From: Octopus vulgaris
Lineage: Eukaryota
Assembly: GCA_951406725.2 (NCBI GenBank)
Contig: OX597814.1
Location: forward strand, 11,222,001-11,286,000
Length of the DNA stretch: 64,000 nucleotides
Reading direction: 5' to 3'
A program made the position numbers and the translations under genes. Numbering within the stretch: position 1 is the first letter of the stretch; the number at the start of each line of letters is the position of its first letter. Shown piece after piece: positions 40,401 through 56,845 of the stretch. The notes below the pieces were generated by a model. It was given only the letters and a program-made list of their open reading frames with translations. It ran no database searches and was not told the origin of the DNA.

Positions 40401-40708
40401 TTAGTCATAAAACGAGACAGATGAGTGACAACCTGGCCACTGGTGGTGGTGTAACACACCATACTAATCATATCTGTCGGGCATGTGGAAGAGAGTGTAA
40501 TTCGGCAGGAGTACTTAAACGACATGCAAAGGTACTTGAAGCCCAGTTACAACTACAGCCGGCTATTACCAGTAAAGGTTTTAGTTGCCAATTTTGTACA
40601 AGACATTATAGATCTTTAGCTGGGCTAGAAAGTCACATTCGATCACAGCACCAGTAACAGATAAGCTTCGTGCAATGGCCATACTCGATAACGAGGGATC
40701 AGCCATAA
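40401..40708 (+). mobile_element. RTE-like LINE 3' end with two C2H2-type fingers
   Basis: CRACGRECNSAGVLKRHAK and [22 protein letters not shown], short UTR with CTCG-ATAA-CGAG hairpin, (ATGT)n on both sides. Confidence 0.65.
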
Positions 40709-41224
40709 TGTATGTATGTATGTATGTATGTATTTATGTATGTATGTATGGATGTATGTATGCATAGGTGGGTGCATTGATGGATGAATGGATGGATGGG
40801 TGGATGGAGGGTAGGTGGATGGATGGATGGATGGATGGATGGATGGATGGATGGATGGATGGATGGATGGATGGATGTATATGCCTAAATATACATGAAT
40901 TAACTGCAACAACAAGAACGGAAATCATGTTAATGTTATTTGGAGAGAAAAAAATGATCTTTTAGTCTTCCTGAAAGAAGCAAAAGAGTTGTTGTAAATC
41001 TATTGTTTTCTCCAAAATAGTATTTAAATGTGGCAGAACAATGACAATAATGATAATGGGTGGGCAGAAGATTAGCAGAACAATTTAGAAGGGAAGGGAA
41101 GGGAAGGAAGAAGGGCTTTAAAGAGATAAGGGCGGTGAGATGTTGCTATGGGTCTTCGAGGTGATGTGTGAATGGGGCAGAATATACTGAGACGAAGGAA
41201 TGATTGTGTTACACCAAACGCATA

Positions 41225-41287
<63 letters not shown>

Positions 41288-41440
41288 AGTATATATATAT
41301 ATTAGTTATCGCCATACTAATATGGCATTCTTATAAAAATAAGAATAAAGCTGACCGCTTATTAGCTCCATGAGGCCATCGCCTTAAGTTAGCTATTTGA
41401 TACACAAACTTTTAGAGAGACTTAGTAATTTTAATATTTC

Positions 41441-41550
<110 letters not shown>

Positions 41551-41731
41551 GCATGTACATATGTATATGCACATATATATATACGTATGTTTATTTGTAT
41601 GTACATGTGTATATGAGTATATATATATGTGTATGTATGTATGTGTGGGTGTATATATATATATATATATATATATAAATCCATACATACAACTCAACAG
41701 ACATCCGGATAAAAAGATTAAGTGGATAGAC

Positions 41732-41794
<63 letters not shown>

Positions 41795-43198
41795 CAGACA
41801 GACAAACAGATATGCATCTATGTATGTATATATGTATGTTTTTATGTATGTATGTATGTATGTATGTATGTATTTATGTATGTATGCATGCATGTATACA
41901 TGTATGTATGTATGTAATTTTTGTATGTATGTATGTATGTATGTATGTATGTATATGTATGCTTCTATGAAAATGGTATATCTTTGCTTTCCAACAGAAA
42001 AAAACTAGAGACAGAAGAATGAAAATGAGAAAGATGTAGGAGAGAGAAAATAATGTGTATTTGAAAGAACATGAGAAAACGAGAGAGCCATAGATCAAAA
42101 TTTTAAGGAAAGAAGAAAGAAAATCCGACAGAAGAAAGGAAAGAAACAAAGAAACAAAGAAAGAAAGAAAGACAGAAAGAAAGGAAGGAAGAAAAAAAAG
42201 AAGGCAAAAGAAGCATGAAAAATAGATCTTACGAAGAGCGAGAACTTGTAGAAATTTAGCGAGAAATATAAGCAAAGTTTGTGTGTGTGTGTGTCTGTGT
42301 GTGTCTGTGTGTCTGTCTGTGTCTGTGTGTGTGTGTGTGCATACGCCCATGCTAACATACATGTATACATACATGCATATATACATACATACATGCAAAA
42401 TATACCATACATTCGTACATTCATACAAGAGAGTGCGCAAGAGTAAGAGAATAAAAGAGAAAAAGGAGTTAGGGGGGGAAGAAAGAGAAAGAACGGTCGA
42501 AAAATGAAAGAAAGGAAGAAAGAAAGTAAGAAGAACGAAAGAGAGAACGAAGAAGAGGAAGAAGGCGAATAGGGAAGAAGAATAATTGGGGAAAGAAAAA
42601 CGAGAGTGGAGAATATTATGGAAAGAATGTGCTAGAATAAGGAGGACCGCCATGATTTTATTCTGATCTCGCTCGTCAACTTTAACCACGCGATAATAAT
42701 AGAGTAGCGCCGTTTGATGAATTCATTCCTGCGATTTGGCGGCGAAGTATTGCTACAATGGAAACGGCAATCTTAAGACTTGAGCAGTAGCAGACGTATC
42801 AATTAGGCTCTTCTCAACTCAACTAGCTTTGTATCCATCTTCTTGTACCGCTGTGGTCGCTTATCTGGTTTGAACTGATGAAGGAGAAAAGAGCCATTTG
42901 TGGACAACTAAACAGAATAAAATGAGTCTAAAAGAGAAGCGGAGATAGAAGAGAGGGGATGGGTGGGTGAGGTGGGGGGATTTGAAATAGAGACAAACGG
43001 AATGGAGTAAGTGGAAGGCGGGGAGAAATTTTTAGTAATGATATACCAATTTATTGCTGCCAATTTCTTCGCTTGTTCTCTTGCAAATTCTCTGTTTCGG
43101 TTCCTTCTTCACCATTACCTGTAGTATGAAATATAATTTTCACTACTGCACTTCATATTAATTTTCACTCGTTCATATTTCGGTTTGCTAGAATTTTT

Positions 43199-43865
<667 letters not shown>

Positions 43866-44177
43866 GGAGTAGTGAGAAACAAAATTACAAATGAAAAATA
43901 AAATGCTTGTTAAATGAATGGCTAAATTGGAATTTTGTCACCAGTCATTGTATTCAGCCTCTCCATAGGCTTCGATGATGAATTACGTTTAATAACTGGT
44001 GACCAACAAAGTTATCACAAGATAAATTCCTTATACACGTAGCAATCACAAGCATTTGGATATTTTTCTCGGTCACTAGAAATTCCTCGAAAATATGCGC
44101 ACATTGTGATGTGATTGTGTTGCAGTTACCTCCCTTGACTGTCTTTTTTTTTTATATATATTTGTATTCTTCTACTT

Positions 44178-44260
44178 ATTATTTCCGCCTTTGCGCAGGC
44201 GGAGGTATTGTTTTCAGTCGTGTTTGTTTGTTTGGTTGTTTCTTTGTTTGTTTGTCTATA
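44178..44260 (+). mobile_element. Possible Helentron/HINE-like terminus
   Basis: TCCGCCT-TTGCGC-AGGCGGA hairpin followed by GGTATTGTTTTC and a (GTTT)n tract. Confidence 0.35.
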
Positions 44261-44367
44261 GTTGGATTCGGACAACGACGTGCGTATGAGGTGTACGTGT
44301 GCGTATTCATGTGCGTGGGTGTGTATGAATTAATATCAATATCTATATATATATATATGTATATATA

Positions 44368-44745
44368 GGCGAAGGAGTGGCTGTGTGGTAAGTAGCTTGC
44401 TTACCAACCACATGGTTCCGGGTTCAGTCCCACTGCGTGGCATCTTGGGCAAGTGTCTTCTGCTATAACCCCGGGCCGACCAAAGCCTTGTGAATGGATT
44501 TGGTAGACGGAAACTGAAAGAAGCCTGTCGTATATATGTACATATATCTATATGTATGTGTGTGTTGTGTGTCTGTGTTTGTCCCCCTAGCATTGCTTGA
44601 CAACCGATGCTGGTGTGTTTATGTCCCCGTCACTTAGCGGTTCGGCAAAAGAGACCGATAGAATAAGTACTGGGCTTACGGGGTCGATTTGCTCGACTAA
44701 AGGCGGTGCTCCAGCATGGCCGCAGTCAAATGACTGAAACACGTG
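44368..44745 (+). mobile_element. SINE family A
   Basis: Matches the 16602 copy. Confidence 0.9.
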
Positions 44746-45043
44746 AAAAAAAATATATATATATATATATACTAAACTTACTACCCAGCGTTGCCCATTC
44801 AAGAATTCACGGAATTGTTTGCCATTTTGTAGAATGGGAATTCACGGTACTTATACATGTATATATATTTAACCTAACTTCTGGAGTTATTTAAGTGGAA
44901 CTATCCAAACAACAGTAATTAATTTATATGAGTAGATGCTTTTTTTTTTTAACAATTTTTATCCAGAAAATCACCTGTTACTTTTGTTTTAAAAGTGAGA
45001 GACGAGAAAGTGAAAGATGTATGAGCGTGTATATGAAATGGAC

Positions 45044-45076
<33 letters not shown>

Positions 45077-45940
45077 CGAAAGAGAGTGTACCACTTACAC
45101 ATACATGAGAACACACACGTTCACTCACTCACGCACACACTCTCTCTCACACACACATGCACACGTACAAAAAAGATGTACGCATATGTATTGATATGTA
45201 TTGATATATGTACGTATACATGACATACACACCTTCACTCACTCTCTCACTCTCTTTTTCTCTCTCTCTTCCTCTCTTTCTCCCCCTTCTCTCTCTCTTT
45301 CACACACTCAGGTCCATTCCGTATACATGTACATACATCTTTCACATTCTCCTCTCTTTCACTTTAAAACAAAAGTAAATAAATAAAATGTTTTACGGAA
45401 ATTAATGAACTCCGGATGTTGAAATCACATTCAGTTGAAAATATTTCGAAATGATTAAAATACTGTGCACATCAAAAAGTCGACGGATTTTTCTTCTTAG
45501 AGAGCGCGAACACTGTGTGTGTGTATATGTCACAGATAGTGGACGTGTGTTTGTGTTGATTAACAGGGCCATGACATCCATTATATGTATGTGTATTCTT
45601 TATCTATGTATCTGTGTTGACGTTACGAAAGTCATGTATTTTTATTTTCGTCAAGAAATAAGAAAAAGTGTGTTTAATCGTTTAAACAGAGGACCAAATG
45701 TCACCAAAATTTGTATTCCACATCCGAAGGTAAGTATGAAAATAAATATGTAAGAATAATTATGACAAAAATATACCATTTCTGAGACATTTCAGTTACA
45801 CATAAACACCCCAAGAGTTTTAGTATTATCAAGATTTTGATATTTGTATTAAACTGTTGATGTTATCACGAACTAAATGAAGCGCCAACCATGTACAATA
45901 AATGCACACGCACACAGATATACATATGATGGTACACACA

Positions 45941-45992
<52 letters not shown>

Positions 45993-46208
45993 AACATGTG
46001 TGTGTGTGTGTGTGTGTATAAAAACACAGACATGCATATCCACACGTAGCAATATACATACATATACACACAGGCATACATATTTACACAAGCACATGCA
46101 TAAAAGTGTGCTTACACACACACAGACGTCAGAAAACCCACGGTGGTGCTCCAGCATGACCGCAGGTGCATGACTGAAACGAGTGAAAGAATAAAAGAAT
46201 AAATGAGT

Positions 46209-46282
<74 letters not shown>

Positions 46283-46288
46283 TATACA

Positions 46289-46556
46289 CAGTAATCACTC
46301 GTCATATCGCGGTTCACCCATCGTGCCCTCCGTACATCGCGGATTTTTCTGGCCAATATATGTAAATTTGTATCTAGGGTTTCTGCGGGCGATAGATATT
46401 TATATTTTTCTAGATTTCAATTATTTCTGTGATAAAATAAGCATCTTCACGCCTAATGATTAATAAATTGATAAGTAAAATCACAGTACTGTTTCTACTT
46501 CGCGGATTTTCACTTATTGCGGAGTGTTTTTGAATGTAACGCACGGGATTATTATG
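46289..46556. mobile_element. Tigger/pogo-like MITE, degenerate
   Basis: CAGTAATCACTCG...CGGGATTATTATG imperfect ends; repeated TCGCGG motifs near both ends. Confidence 0.55.
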
Positions 46557-46604
46557 TGTGTGTATGTGTGTATATATATATATATATACATGCATATATA
46601 CATT

Positions 46605-46672
<68 letters not shown>

Positions 46673-46678
46673 TGTATG

Positions 46679-46713
<35 letters not shown>

Positions 46714-47222
46714 GTATGTATGTATATGTGAGTGCGTGTTTGTATGTTATACATAAATGTACATTTATACATACAAGCATACAATCGCATATGCACACAT
46801 ACATGCATACATGTAAATATTTATGAACATAATCACAGATAGCCACATATGTACAAACATTCATACATACAACAGCATACGTGCATCTATACATACATAC
46901 ATACACATACATGCATACATATATATATAACATATATATAAACCTACATACATACACATATACTCACATACGCACAAATATACATACAAATATGTAAAAA
47001 TACATACATACATACATACACACATACGACCAGACATATGTACATAGATAAATACACACATACAAACATACATACTCGTGCGTACGCACATACAGCTATA
47101 CATACATACATACATACATACATACATACATACATACATACATACATACATACATACATACATACATACGTACGTACATACATACATACATACATACATA
47201 CATACATACATACATACATACA

Positions 47223-47254
<32 letters not shown>

Positions 47255-48415
47255 GACACATATATATACAGATAGGCAGACACGCATACATGCATAGTTA
47301 CAACCAAACAACATACATATATACATACACACACATACATACACAAACTCATACATATATACACATACGTATACGTTGGTGCGTACGTACATACAGCCAA
47401 TTGCAGAGTCACCTAAAACACCCACACAAACGTTTATACGTAATTATATGCTTCTCACTTCTAACTGACAATTAATTACACTTCAATACTATAATCCTCT
47501 CATCCACCGCATCTGCTGTTTATACCACAGTATCTGATGACATCACAGCAACACAGCAACTATCTCCGCTCTTCCGCTGGTCCACCATTTTCATGAACGC
47601 TGTACAGGAACAAAAGGTGATTGGTGGCGGCGATGGCGATGGTTTCGTTGCTGTTGTTGTTGATGGTGGTGGTGGTGATAGTAGCGGTGGTGGTAGTGTT
47701 GCTGCTGCTAATGAAGGTTGTAGCGAAGGTTGTGGTGGTGGTGGTGGTGGTGGTGGTGGTGGTGCAGTGGTGATTTTGGTGGTTGGTGTTCCTGAGGTGG
47801 TTGTTGGGATGCTGGTGATGATGATGGTGATGATGGTGGTGGTGAGAGATGGTGCTTATGATGATGGTGGTGGTGAGGGCTAGTGTTGTTTTTTGTTGTT
47901 GTGGTGGTGATGGTGGTAGTAGTGGTGTTAGTGGTGGTGGTGGTGGTGGTGGTGGTTGTGGTGGTGGTGGTGGTGTTGGTGGTGGTTGTGGTGGTGGTAA
48001 CGTTTGCAGTGGTGATTTTGGTAGCTGATGTTCCTGAAGTGGTTACTGTGATGGTGGTGATGATGATGGCGATGGTGGTGGTTAAAGAGGGGTCTGGTAC
48101 TTATGATTGTTGTTGTTGTTATGGTGGTGGTGGTGGTGGTGGACGTTGTAGCGATGGTAGTGGTTATTGGCGTTGTAGCGAAATTGCAGGGAAGATTGTT
48201 GTACTAGGGACGGTTGTGGTTATTGGGGATGATGGCGATGGTCTTATGGTGATAATGAGGAGGAGGAGGAGGAAGAGGAGGTTCGTGGTGAGGATGATGA
48301 TGAAGATGATGGATATTATAGGTTGTGTTCAGTAACAGAACGACGAAGTAGTTAACTTTGGTTGTAGTTACAATGGCAGAGCTTGTAATGAATTTGGCTG
48401 TGATAGTAACGATGC

Positions 48416-48491
<76 letters not shown>

Positions 48492-48612
48492 GGTGGTGGT
48501 GGTGGTGGTGGTGGTGGTGGTGGTGGTGGTGGTGGTGGTGGTAGTAGTGGTGGTGGTGGTGGTGGTGGTGGTGGTGGTGGTGGTGGTGGTGGTAGTAGTA
48601 GTAGTAGTGGTG

Positions 48613-48687
<75 letters not shown>

Positions 48688-49031
48688 AAAATCCCTAGGT
48701 CAGGTCTAATCGAAAAAGCCTGCAGCCCAAGATATTCCAACCGAGTCCATCACGTCTTTTATTTTTCAGATATTATCCAGTGTCCTTCATTTAGCAGGGC
48801 CTGATTTTATGTGGAATTCATGCATCCTTTCTAGCAGGCGGTGGCTCAGTCGAGAGCTTCCAGAAAGTTTTGTTGCTGAAAAGCTTTGGTGTTGTTGAGC
48901 TCTAGCTCAAGCCTGAACGAGCAGATTTATGATCAAAAGCAACCCGGCCGTGACTATTTTGCTATATTTCTATGTGCAGTGAAGCCAAGACCGACGATTA
49001 TGTGGTCCAATGCCCCAGACATACTGTGCGT

Positions 49032-49422
49032 GTGGAGGCGCAATGGCCCAGTGGTTAGGGCAGCGGACTCGCGGTCATAGGATCGCGGTTTCGATTCCCA
49101 GACCGGGCGTTGTGAGTGTTTATTGAGCGAAAACACCTAAAAGCTCCACGACGCTCCGGCAGGGGATAGTGGTGATCCCTGCTGTACTCTTTCACCACAA
49201 CTTTCTCTAACTCTTACTTCCTGTTTCTGTTGTACCTGTATTTCAAGGGACCGGCCTTGTCACTCTCTGTGTCACGCTGAATATCCCCGAGAACAACGTT
49301 AAGAGTGCACGTGTCTGTGGAGTGCTCAGCCACTTACACGTTAATTTCACGAGCAGGCTGTTCCGTTGATCGGATCAACCGGAACCCTCATCGTCGTAAC
49401 CGACGGAGTGCTTCCATCCATC
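49032..49422 (+). mobile_element. SINE head H1 with tail X and 13-bp TSD
   Basis: TSD CATACTGTGCGTG on both sides; near-identical to the 26763 copy. Confidence 0.9.
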
Positions 49423-49630
49423 CATACTGTGCGTGCACAACAACAATAAGCAAGTTGGGCCGGCAAACATTTGCTGTTACGCAAGAATTATCATTGTTGG
49501 TGTACATCAAATCTACCACAGGATGCAGCTCTTGTCGCAGTGTGGTGCCGTGTGTGCCAGAATGACTCTGAGAGAGCTATGCCAGTGGAGAGCAAGCTCC
49601 TTGTAGAGCGGAGGGAGGGGGAGGGAGGGG

Positions 49631-49735
49631 AAGCGGGAGGAAGAGGAGCGGGAGGAAGAGGAGCGGGAGGAAGAGGAGCGGGAGGAAGAGGAGCGGGAGG
49701 AAGAGAAGCGGGAGGAAGAGGAGCGGGAGGAGGAG
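49631..49735. repeat. 15-bp G-rich minisatellite (GAGCGGGAGGAAGAG) x about 7
   Basis: Direct sequence. Confidence 0.9.
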
Positions 49736-49784
49736 GAACGGGTGAAGATAGTTATGTTTAGGAGGAAGGGGATTAAAGTGATAG

Positions 49785-49815
<31 letters not shown>

Positions 49816-50163
49816 AACGACGACGACAACGACGACGACCTCGGAAATAAGAGTAGAGGTGAGAATGCGTGGAAGAGAGAAATACGAGTCATATTTAATC
49901 CTACACTTTGTTAACCGAACTCACAAAGATTTCCACAAGAAACAATCAGGTAAGCATAATTGCATGGTACGAAGTGTGTATGTATCACCATAGAAACTGT
50001 CATCTAAAACCGTTGTCTTAGTGGGAAGCATTGCAGAGTCGGGAAGGGAATCATGCAAAGCAACTATCTTTCAATGAAGAGCGGGATGCTGTGGATAAGA
50101 CGGGGAGATTAAGATAAATAATGAAGAAGTAAGCTAAAGGATCATGGAAGTGGGTGCTGGAAT

Positions 50164-50178
50164 TGTGTGTGTGTGTGT

Positions 50179-50273
<95 letters not shown>

Positions 50274-50368
50274 TGTGTGTGTGTATGAATGTGTGTGTTT
50301 GAGTGTGTGTGTGAGTGTGTGTGTGTGTAAGTGTGTGTGTGTGTGTGAGTGTGTGTGTGTGAGTGTGT

Positions 50369-50443
<75 letters not shown>

Positions 50444-50456
50444 TGTGTGTGTATGT

Positions 50457-50537
<81 letters not shown>

Positions 50538-50552
50538 TGTGTGTGAGTGTGT

Positions 50553-50608
<56 letters not shown>
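50164..50608. repeat. Long interrupted (GT)n microsatellite
   Basis: Direct sequence. Confidence 0.95.
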
Positions 50609-50609
<1 letters not shown>

Positions 50610-51940
50610 GTAGCATTATGGAATGGTTAGGAAGTTAGCATTGCAATCACACGGTTCTATGCTGAATACCGTCGTGCGGCATCTTGGATAAATGTCTTTT
50701 GCATAACACCGATTTGACCCAACGTTTCTGAGTGAAATTAGTAAAGAGAAAAGAAAAGATCTTGTTGTTTGAAAATACAAACGATGTATACGATATAAGG
50801 GAAGACAAGCTGGAGATGAAGAGGACGAGGAAGTGATTTTTTACAAATTAGAGAAAGAAAAAGAAAGAGGCGAAAATGAGAGGAAAAGAAGGAAAATAAT
50901 GGTGTAGGTTTGCTTTTGAAAAATACGAAAATACACCGCAAAACGTATAAGTAAGCGAGTGTAACGAACAAAAGGAAGTCTACAGAAAAAAAGAAGAACC
51001 CGAGCCACTCAAAATAGATATTTTTAATCTAGCAGAAAGAATAAAATCTCGAGAAGTCTACAGCAGCTTCGAAGGCTCTTTAAACAAAAGCTTAACATTT
51101 GTAGTTGATTTCAGAAAAATCCATATATCTTTGTTAAAGACAAAAACTAATGCTATAGACAAATATAGATGCGACGGACTATTATATAACATCTCGAACA
51201 TTTTGAATCGTTGTACACTGTCAGTGAGTAAATGTCATATTTAGATGAACCAATAACACTGTGTTACAAAAAATCCTTTTGTCTTTGATCAGTAAGTGTT
51301 ATTTCTTATTTGCTTCTATCTAGAAATCAAAGGAGACGACTACTATTCCCTTCAAACTTTGCTTTTATAACCTGGACATCAATGTCTTGAAACTGACCTA
51401 TTTTTCATTACATTTTAGACAGAGTTGCTAAAGCAGAAATACCGATATTCTGCTCAATACCTCATATTTGCTTGTCAGTTACTTGACCTTAACCACTTGG
51501 GCATGACCGTTAGTGGTTGACAATATGTGCATAGGAATTCTTTAGGGCTTGAATAAATATAAAGAAAGCAAAGTTTGAAGGAAATATTAGCCATTTTTCA
51601 TACTTTCTCGCGGGAGGCAAATTAGAAATAGCAGTTGCTACACAAGGACAAAAACCGTATTACACAGTGTAATGCATATATTAAACAGAGACAACTTCCA
51701 CAGATCACCTATATTAGGAAAAATCATAATAGTAATAACGAAATGAAAACGCCTGGATATATGAAGTGCACAGTTTAATTTCAATTTATACCTCTTGCAC
51801 AGAACTTTGCAAACTCAACAGTCACTGCCGCTACATGAATAATCACATATAACCCTTCGAACATAACTACAATACCCTAAAACGACTAGCTCTTCTAGTC
51901 AGCCAAAACAAACATTATGGTTACATAGATACGGAAATAC

Positions 51941-52057
51941 CTGACACATCAATAGCTTCGCTGGTCCCAAATACTCTGCTGGGATGCACATTATTAACAA
52001 TAAGTGCAGAGAAACAGCAACTGTTGCTCTGTTGACCGAGTCCACTTTTCTTGCCAT
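51941..52057 (-). CDS. Candidate first coding exon encoding a signal-peptide-like N-terminus
   Basis: AAAACG-ATG-G start context; MARKVDSVNRATVAVSLHLLLIMCIPAEYLGPAKLLMCQ (39 codons) ending CAG|GTATTT, phase 0; lies in a repeat-poor unique block. Confidence 0.45.
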
Positions 52058-52856
52058 CGTTTTAACCAGCACCAGAATATACTATCGTGCAAAATAGATT
52101 GAGCAATTCCGGGAGTACACTACCTCAAGATTGCCACTCTTACACTTGTGCCATAATCGATTCATTTTTGCATGTCGAAATATGCAGTGTATCCCTCGGT
52201 TACACGGAGACATTATAAAGTCGCAAAGATGGGATTATGGGGCATAACTAGCTGTTCGTTCGGTCGACTATCTACGAGATATAGGACTGTTTAGTCAGAG
52301 CTGGACACAGACTAAATTGACTGGATCAACAATAATACCAATAACTGTAGCTACCAAGAAGAAGATCTCAATGTAGTCACACAACTGGTAGAAATAGCAG
52401 AAGAATATTTCCCAAACGTCGCGCTGTCGTCTAAGAATCAAAGAACACAGTGGATGATGTTCATTAACTCTCAAGCGAAGAAAACGATGTGGTCATAGAT
52501 CTGCTGGAAAACAGTGATGATTTGGAGGCTAAACAACAACTAACTTATAATAATGAAACGAATGAATGAATGAACAAATAAATAAATAAATAAATAATAA
52601 ACAAAAAGTTTAAACAGAGAGCCTTGGGGGAGGAGGAAGGAGATGATGGATAAGAACGGGGTCTAATGCAATATTTTACAAACCCGCTGTTTAAGGAGGT
52701 GTGATCGAAAAATGAATGGACGAAACGAAGCTAAATAGCAGGCTGGCTGTAACATTGCGAAATTGCGCTTGAATGAATATAAATGAGAGGGAAATCGGGA
52801 CCTGCGATATGAATGCTCACAGATGCCGTCGACTTCCAAAATAATAATTACGGCAG

Positions 52857-52995
<139 letters not shown>

Positions 52996-53474
52996 GTTTT
53001 CCCATTTCTTTTTCCCTTTATTTTTTCCCCCTCTGCTGCTGTAGAGATGGCAGCAGCAATCACCGGATTGTGATGTTGTAGGTGGTGGTGGTGGTGGTGG
53101 TAGAAGGAGAAACATTTTTTTTTATATGGTTCTTTGCAATGTTTTTAGTTTAAGGGTGATTTTTGTTTTTGTTTTTCTGTGGGGGGGGGGATGGAATGGG
53201 TAGAGAGATAATTTCCTTCTACTTCTTCTTTCGGTGAGGTGTGGGTTATGGTGCTTGGTACGAATGAAACATAGCCCAGATGGATAGTGTATCACGGATA
53301 GTAATTGTTAAAAGATCGACATAGGGAGGTATTTTATGTTATTTATTTTTATTGTTACATTTCTTTGTTTTAATTTATTTTATTCTTGTATTTTTCTTTT
53401 TCTCTTTTTTCCCTAGTTTTGTCTTTAAGATGCGGGTTGGTCAATAAAAATTTAACAAAATTAAAATAATGAGG

Positions 53475-53523
<49 letters not shown>

Positions 53524-53560
53524 TAAAAATAATAATAACAACAACAACAACAACAACAAC

Positions 53561-54812
<1,252 letters not shown>

Positions 54813-54823
54813 ATAATAATATT

Positions 54824-54872
<49 letters not shown>

Positions 54873-55344
54873 TTAATAATAATAAGGAGTCGGGAAGACA
54901 CTCGGCAAGAAATGGAAGCAAATTTGAAAGAAGAAGAAAAAAAAAGATAATAATAATAATAATAACGATAATAATAATGATGATGATGATGATGATGATA
55001 GTAATATCTGCCACAGGGGAATCAAATGAGGGGTGCATTAACTACTAGGATAGTTTACAATTCATGCGAAAGTTTACATAAAATACAAGGAGAAGAAAAG
55101 AAGAGGAGGGAAAAGCAACATGATAATAAACAAGATAAAAATTAGGCAATTAGCGAAATGAAAGGAAAATTTAAAAGAGAAGAACATGTAAAATAACTAA
55201 ATATATACTACACATCAAAATGGTCTGCCAATACAATATTAACTTAGTGCCCAACTCGATCATTACGAAATATCATGACGTCACCGGAAACTGCTTGCTG
55301 GATTCTGAATGGCAAAAGTTACATACATACATTATACATATATA

Positions 55345-56230
55345 TTGGGTTATCCCATAAATAATATGATTTTTTAAATACTTCTTTTATTTTTCAAAAT
55401 TATGATAAACAAAGTTCTTTTTAAATCTAAAATATACTCTCCTTCATTTTCTACAATGCTCTTCCATCTATCGGGAAGACTTGCAAAGCCCCTCTTCCAA
55501 AATTCTCTTGTCAATGACGAAAAATATTCCGCCAATACCGTTCTGACCTTGTGTACAGAATTCAAATTTTTTCCGTCCAAATGATTTTGAAGACTGCAGA
55601 ATAAATGATAATCAGATGGGGCAATGCCCGGCGAATATAGTGGGTGGGACATCGTTTCCCATTCAAACTCCTCCAGCCTTTGGAATGTCATCCTCGCTGT
55701 ATGTGGCCGAGCATTATCCTGATGGAAGAACACTTTTCGTCTTGAAACCAAACATGGACGTTTTCCTTCTAGCACTGACTTGAATGACAGTTTGAATGAG
55801 CACATCCAAGCTTCTCTGCTAGTTCCTCGACAGTTACGATGGGATTTTGTTCCACCAGGATTTGCAGGACGTCCTCATCTTCCAGGACGTGGCTTGTCTT
55901 CTAGGCTGTTGTTTCCGGCTCTGAATTTCTGTAACCACCGTTGACACTGGCTTACGCTTATTGTCCGACCCCCATATACTACATTAATATTCCTCGCACT
56001 TCAAATTGCATTGTTGCCTTAATTGAACTCATAAAGCAAAATATGCCGAATATGCATCTTTGTCACTTCCTTTATAGCTTTGAAAATGTTAACTATTAAT
56101 ATCGAATTGCACTCTTCAAAACTTGCACTAAGAATAAGACAAGGTAAAATTTCTACCTGCTTTTATAGAAAGTTAATGCAAGTAGTTTATCTCGTCCCCC
56201 TCTGACTTTTAGTTCATGCAATTGAAAAAG
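55345..56230 (-). mobile_element. Internally deleted decayed mariner
   Basis: TA + TTGGGTTATCCCATAAATAAT terminus; minus FFHQDNARPH..YSPGIAPSDYHLF..RWKSIVENEGEYILD and N-terminal HIRHILLYEF..CQRWLQKFRAG; other TIR not found. Confidence 0.88.
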
Positions 56231-56289
56231 CACACAAACACACACAAATACACACAAACACTTTCACACACATGTGTATATATCTATGT

Positions 56290-56630
56290 ATGGTTGGCAT
56301 CCTTTTTGTCTCGGGAGACAATGGAGTTGCGCATAAAATAGTCCAGTCCGGCTTTTACATTTCATGTCCTGATACACTTCCTGCTGTGGCTGTGTAGTCC
56401 TATCTTGAACAAACACTCCCTCTGGCAGGTACCGCAAATGTAGCGAAGACTGTTCCTGGCTGGTTGTAATGTCATAGTTTCTTGTTGACGTCTTTTCTTG
56501 TCTTTCCATTTCTCCTCTCTCTCTCTCTCTCTGTAACTCCTTTGTATTCCCTCTTTTACGGTACGTCGCCAATCTCCACGGTTGCTAGCAATTGCTTCCC
56601 AACCGCTAATATTGATGTTGCAGGCCTGTC
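56290..56630 (-). mobile_element. RTE (BovB-like) LINE 3' end
   Basis: WEAIASNRGDWRRTVKEG..YICGTCQRECLFKIGLHSHSRKC; UTR hairpin TTGTCTC-CC-GAGACAA. Confidence 0.8.
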
Positions 56631-56644
56631 TGTATATATATATA

Positions 56645-56845
56645 CAGGGCGTCCATGAATTACCTTTACTATTTGAAAACTTCAGAAAAAAAAGTCGGGT
56701 GAAAAACAAGCATAATTTACCAATTTGGGGCGGCGCACCATCTTGTTGAAAAATAACTGTTGGTTGCCAGTGGTGCGGCGAATTCTTGTAAATTCTTGTA
56801 AGTGAAACATAGTGGAAGTTGCAAAGCTTATGTATGGACAGCCTG
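56645..56845 (-). mobile_element. Short deletion derivative (MITE-like) of a Tc1/mariner
   Basis: TA-CAGGGCGTCCAT ... ATGGACAGCCTG-TA ends; internal VIFQQDGAPP remnant on minus. Confidence 0.7.

Noticed and set aside
40295-40657. Host C2H2 zinc-finger gene
   Set aside because: No TGEKP linker, 5' end starts in a microsatellite, and it has a LINE-type hairpin UTR and tail
45690-45735. Plus-strand 40-nt exon ending GAAG|GTAAGT
   Set aside because: Good donor but weak acceptor, no recognisable peptide and no partner exons
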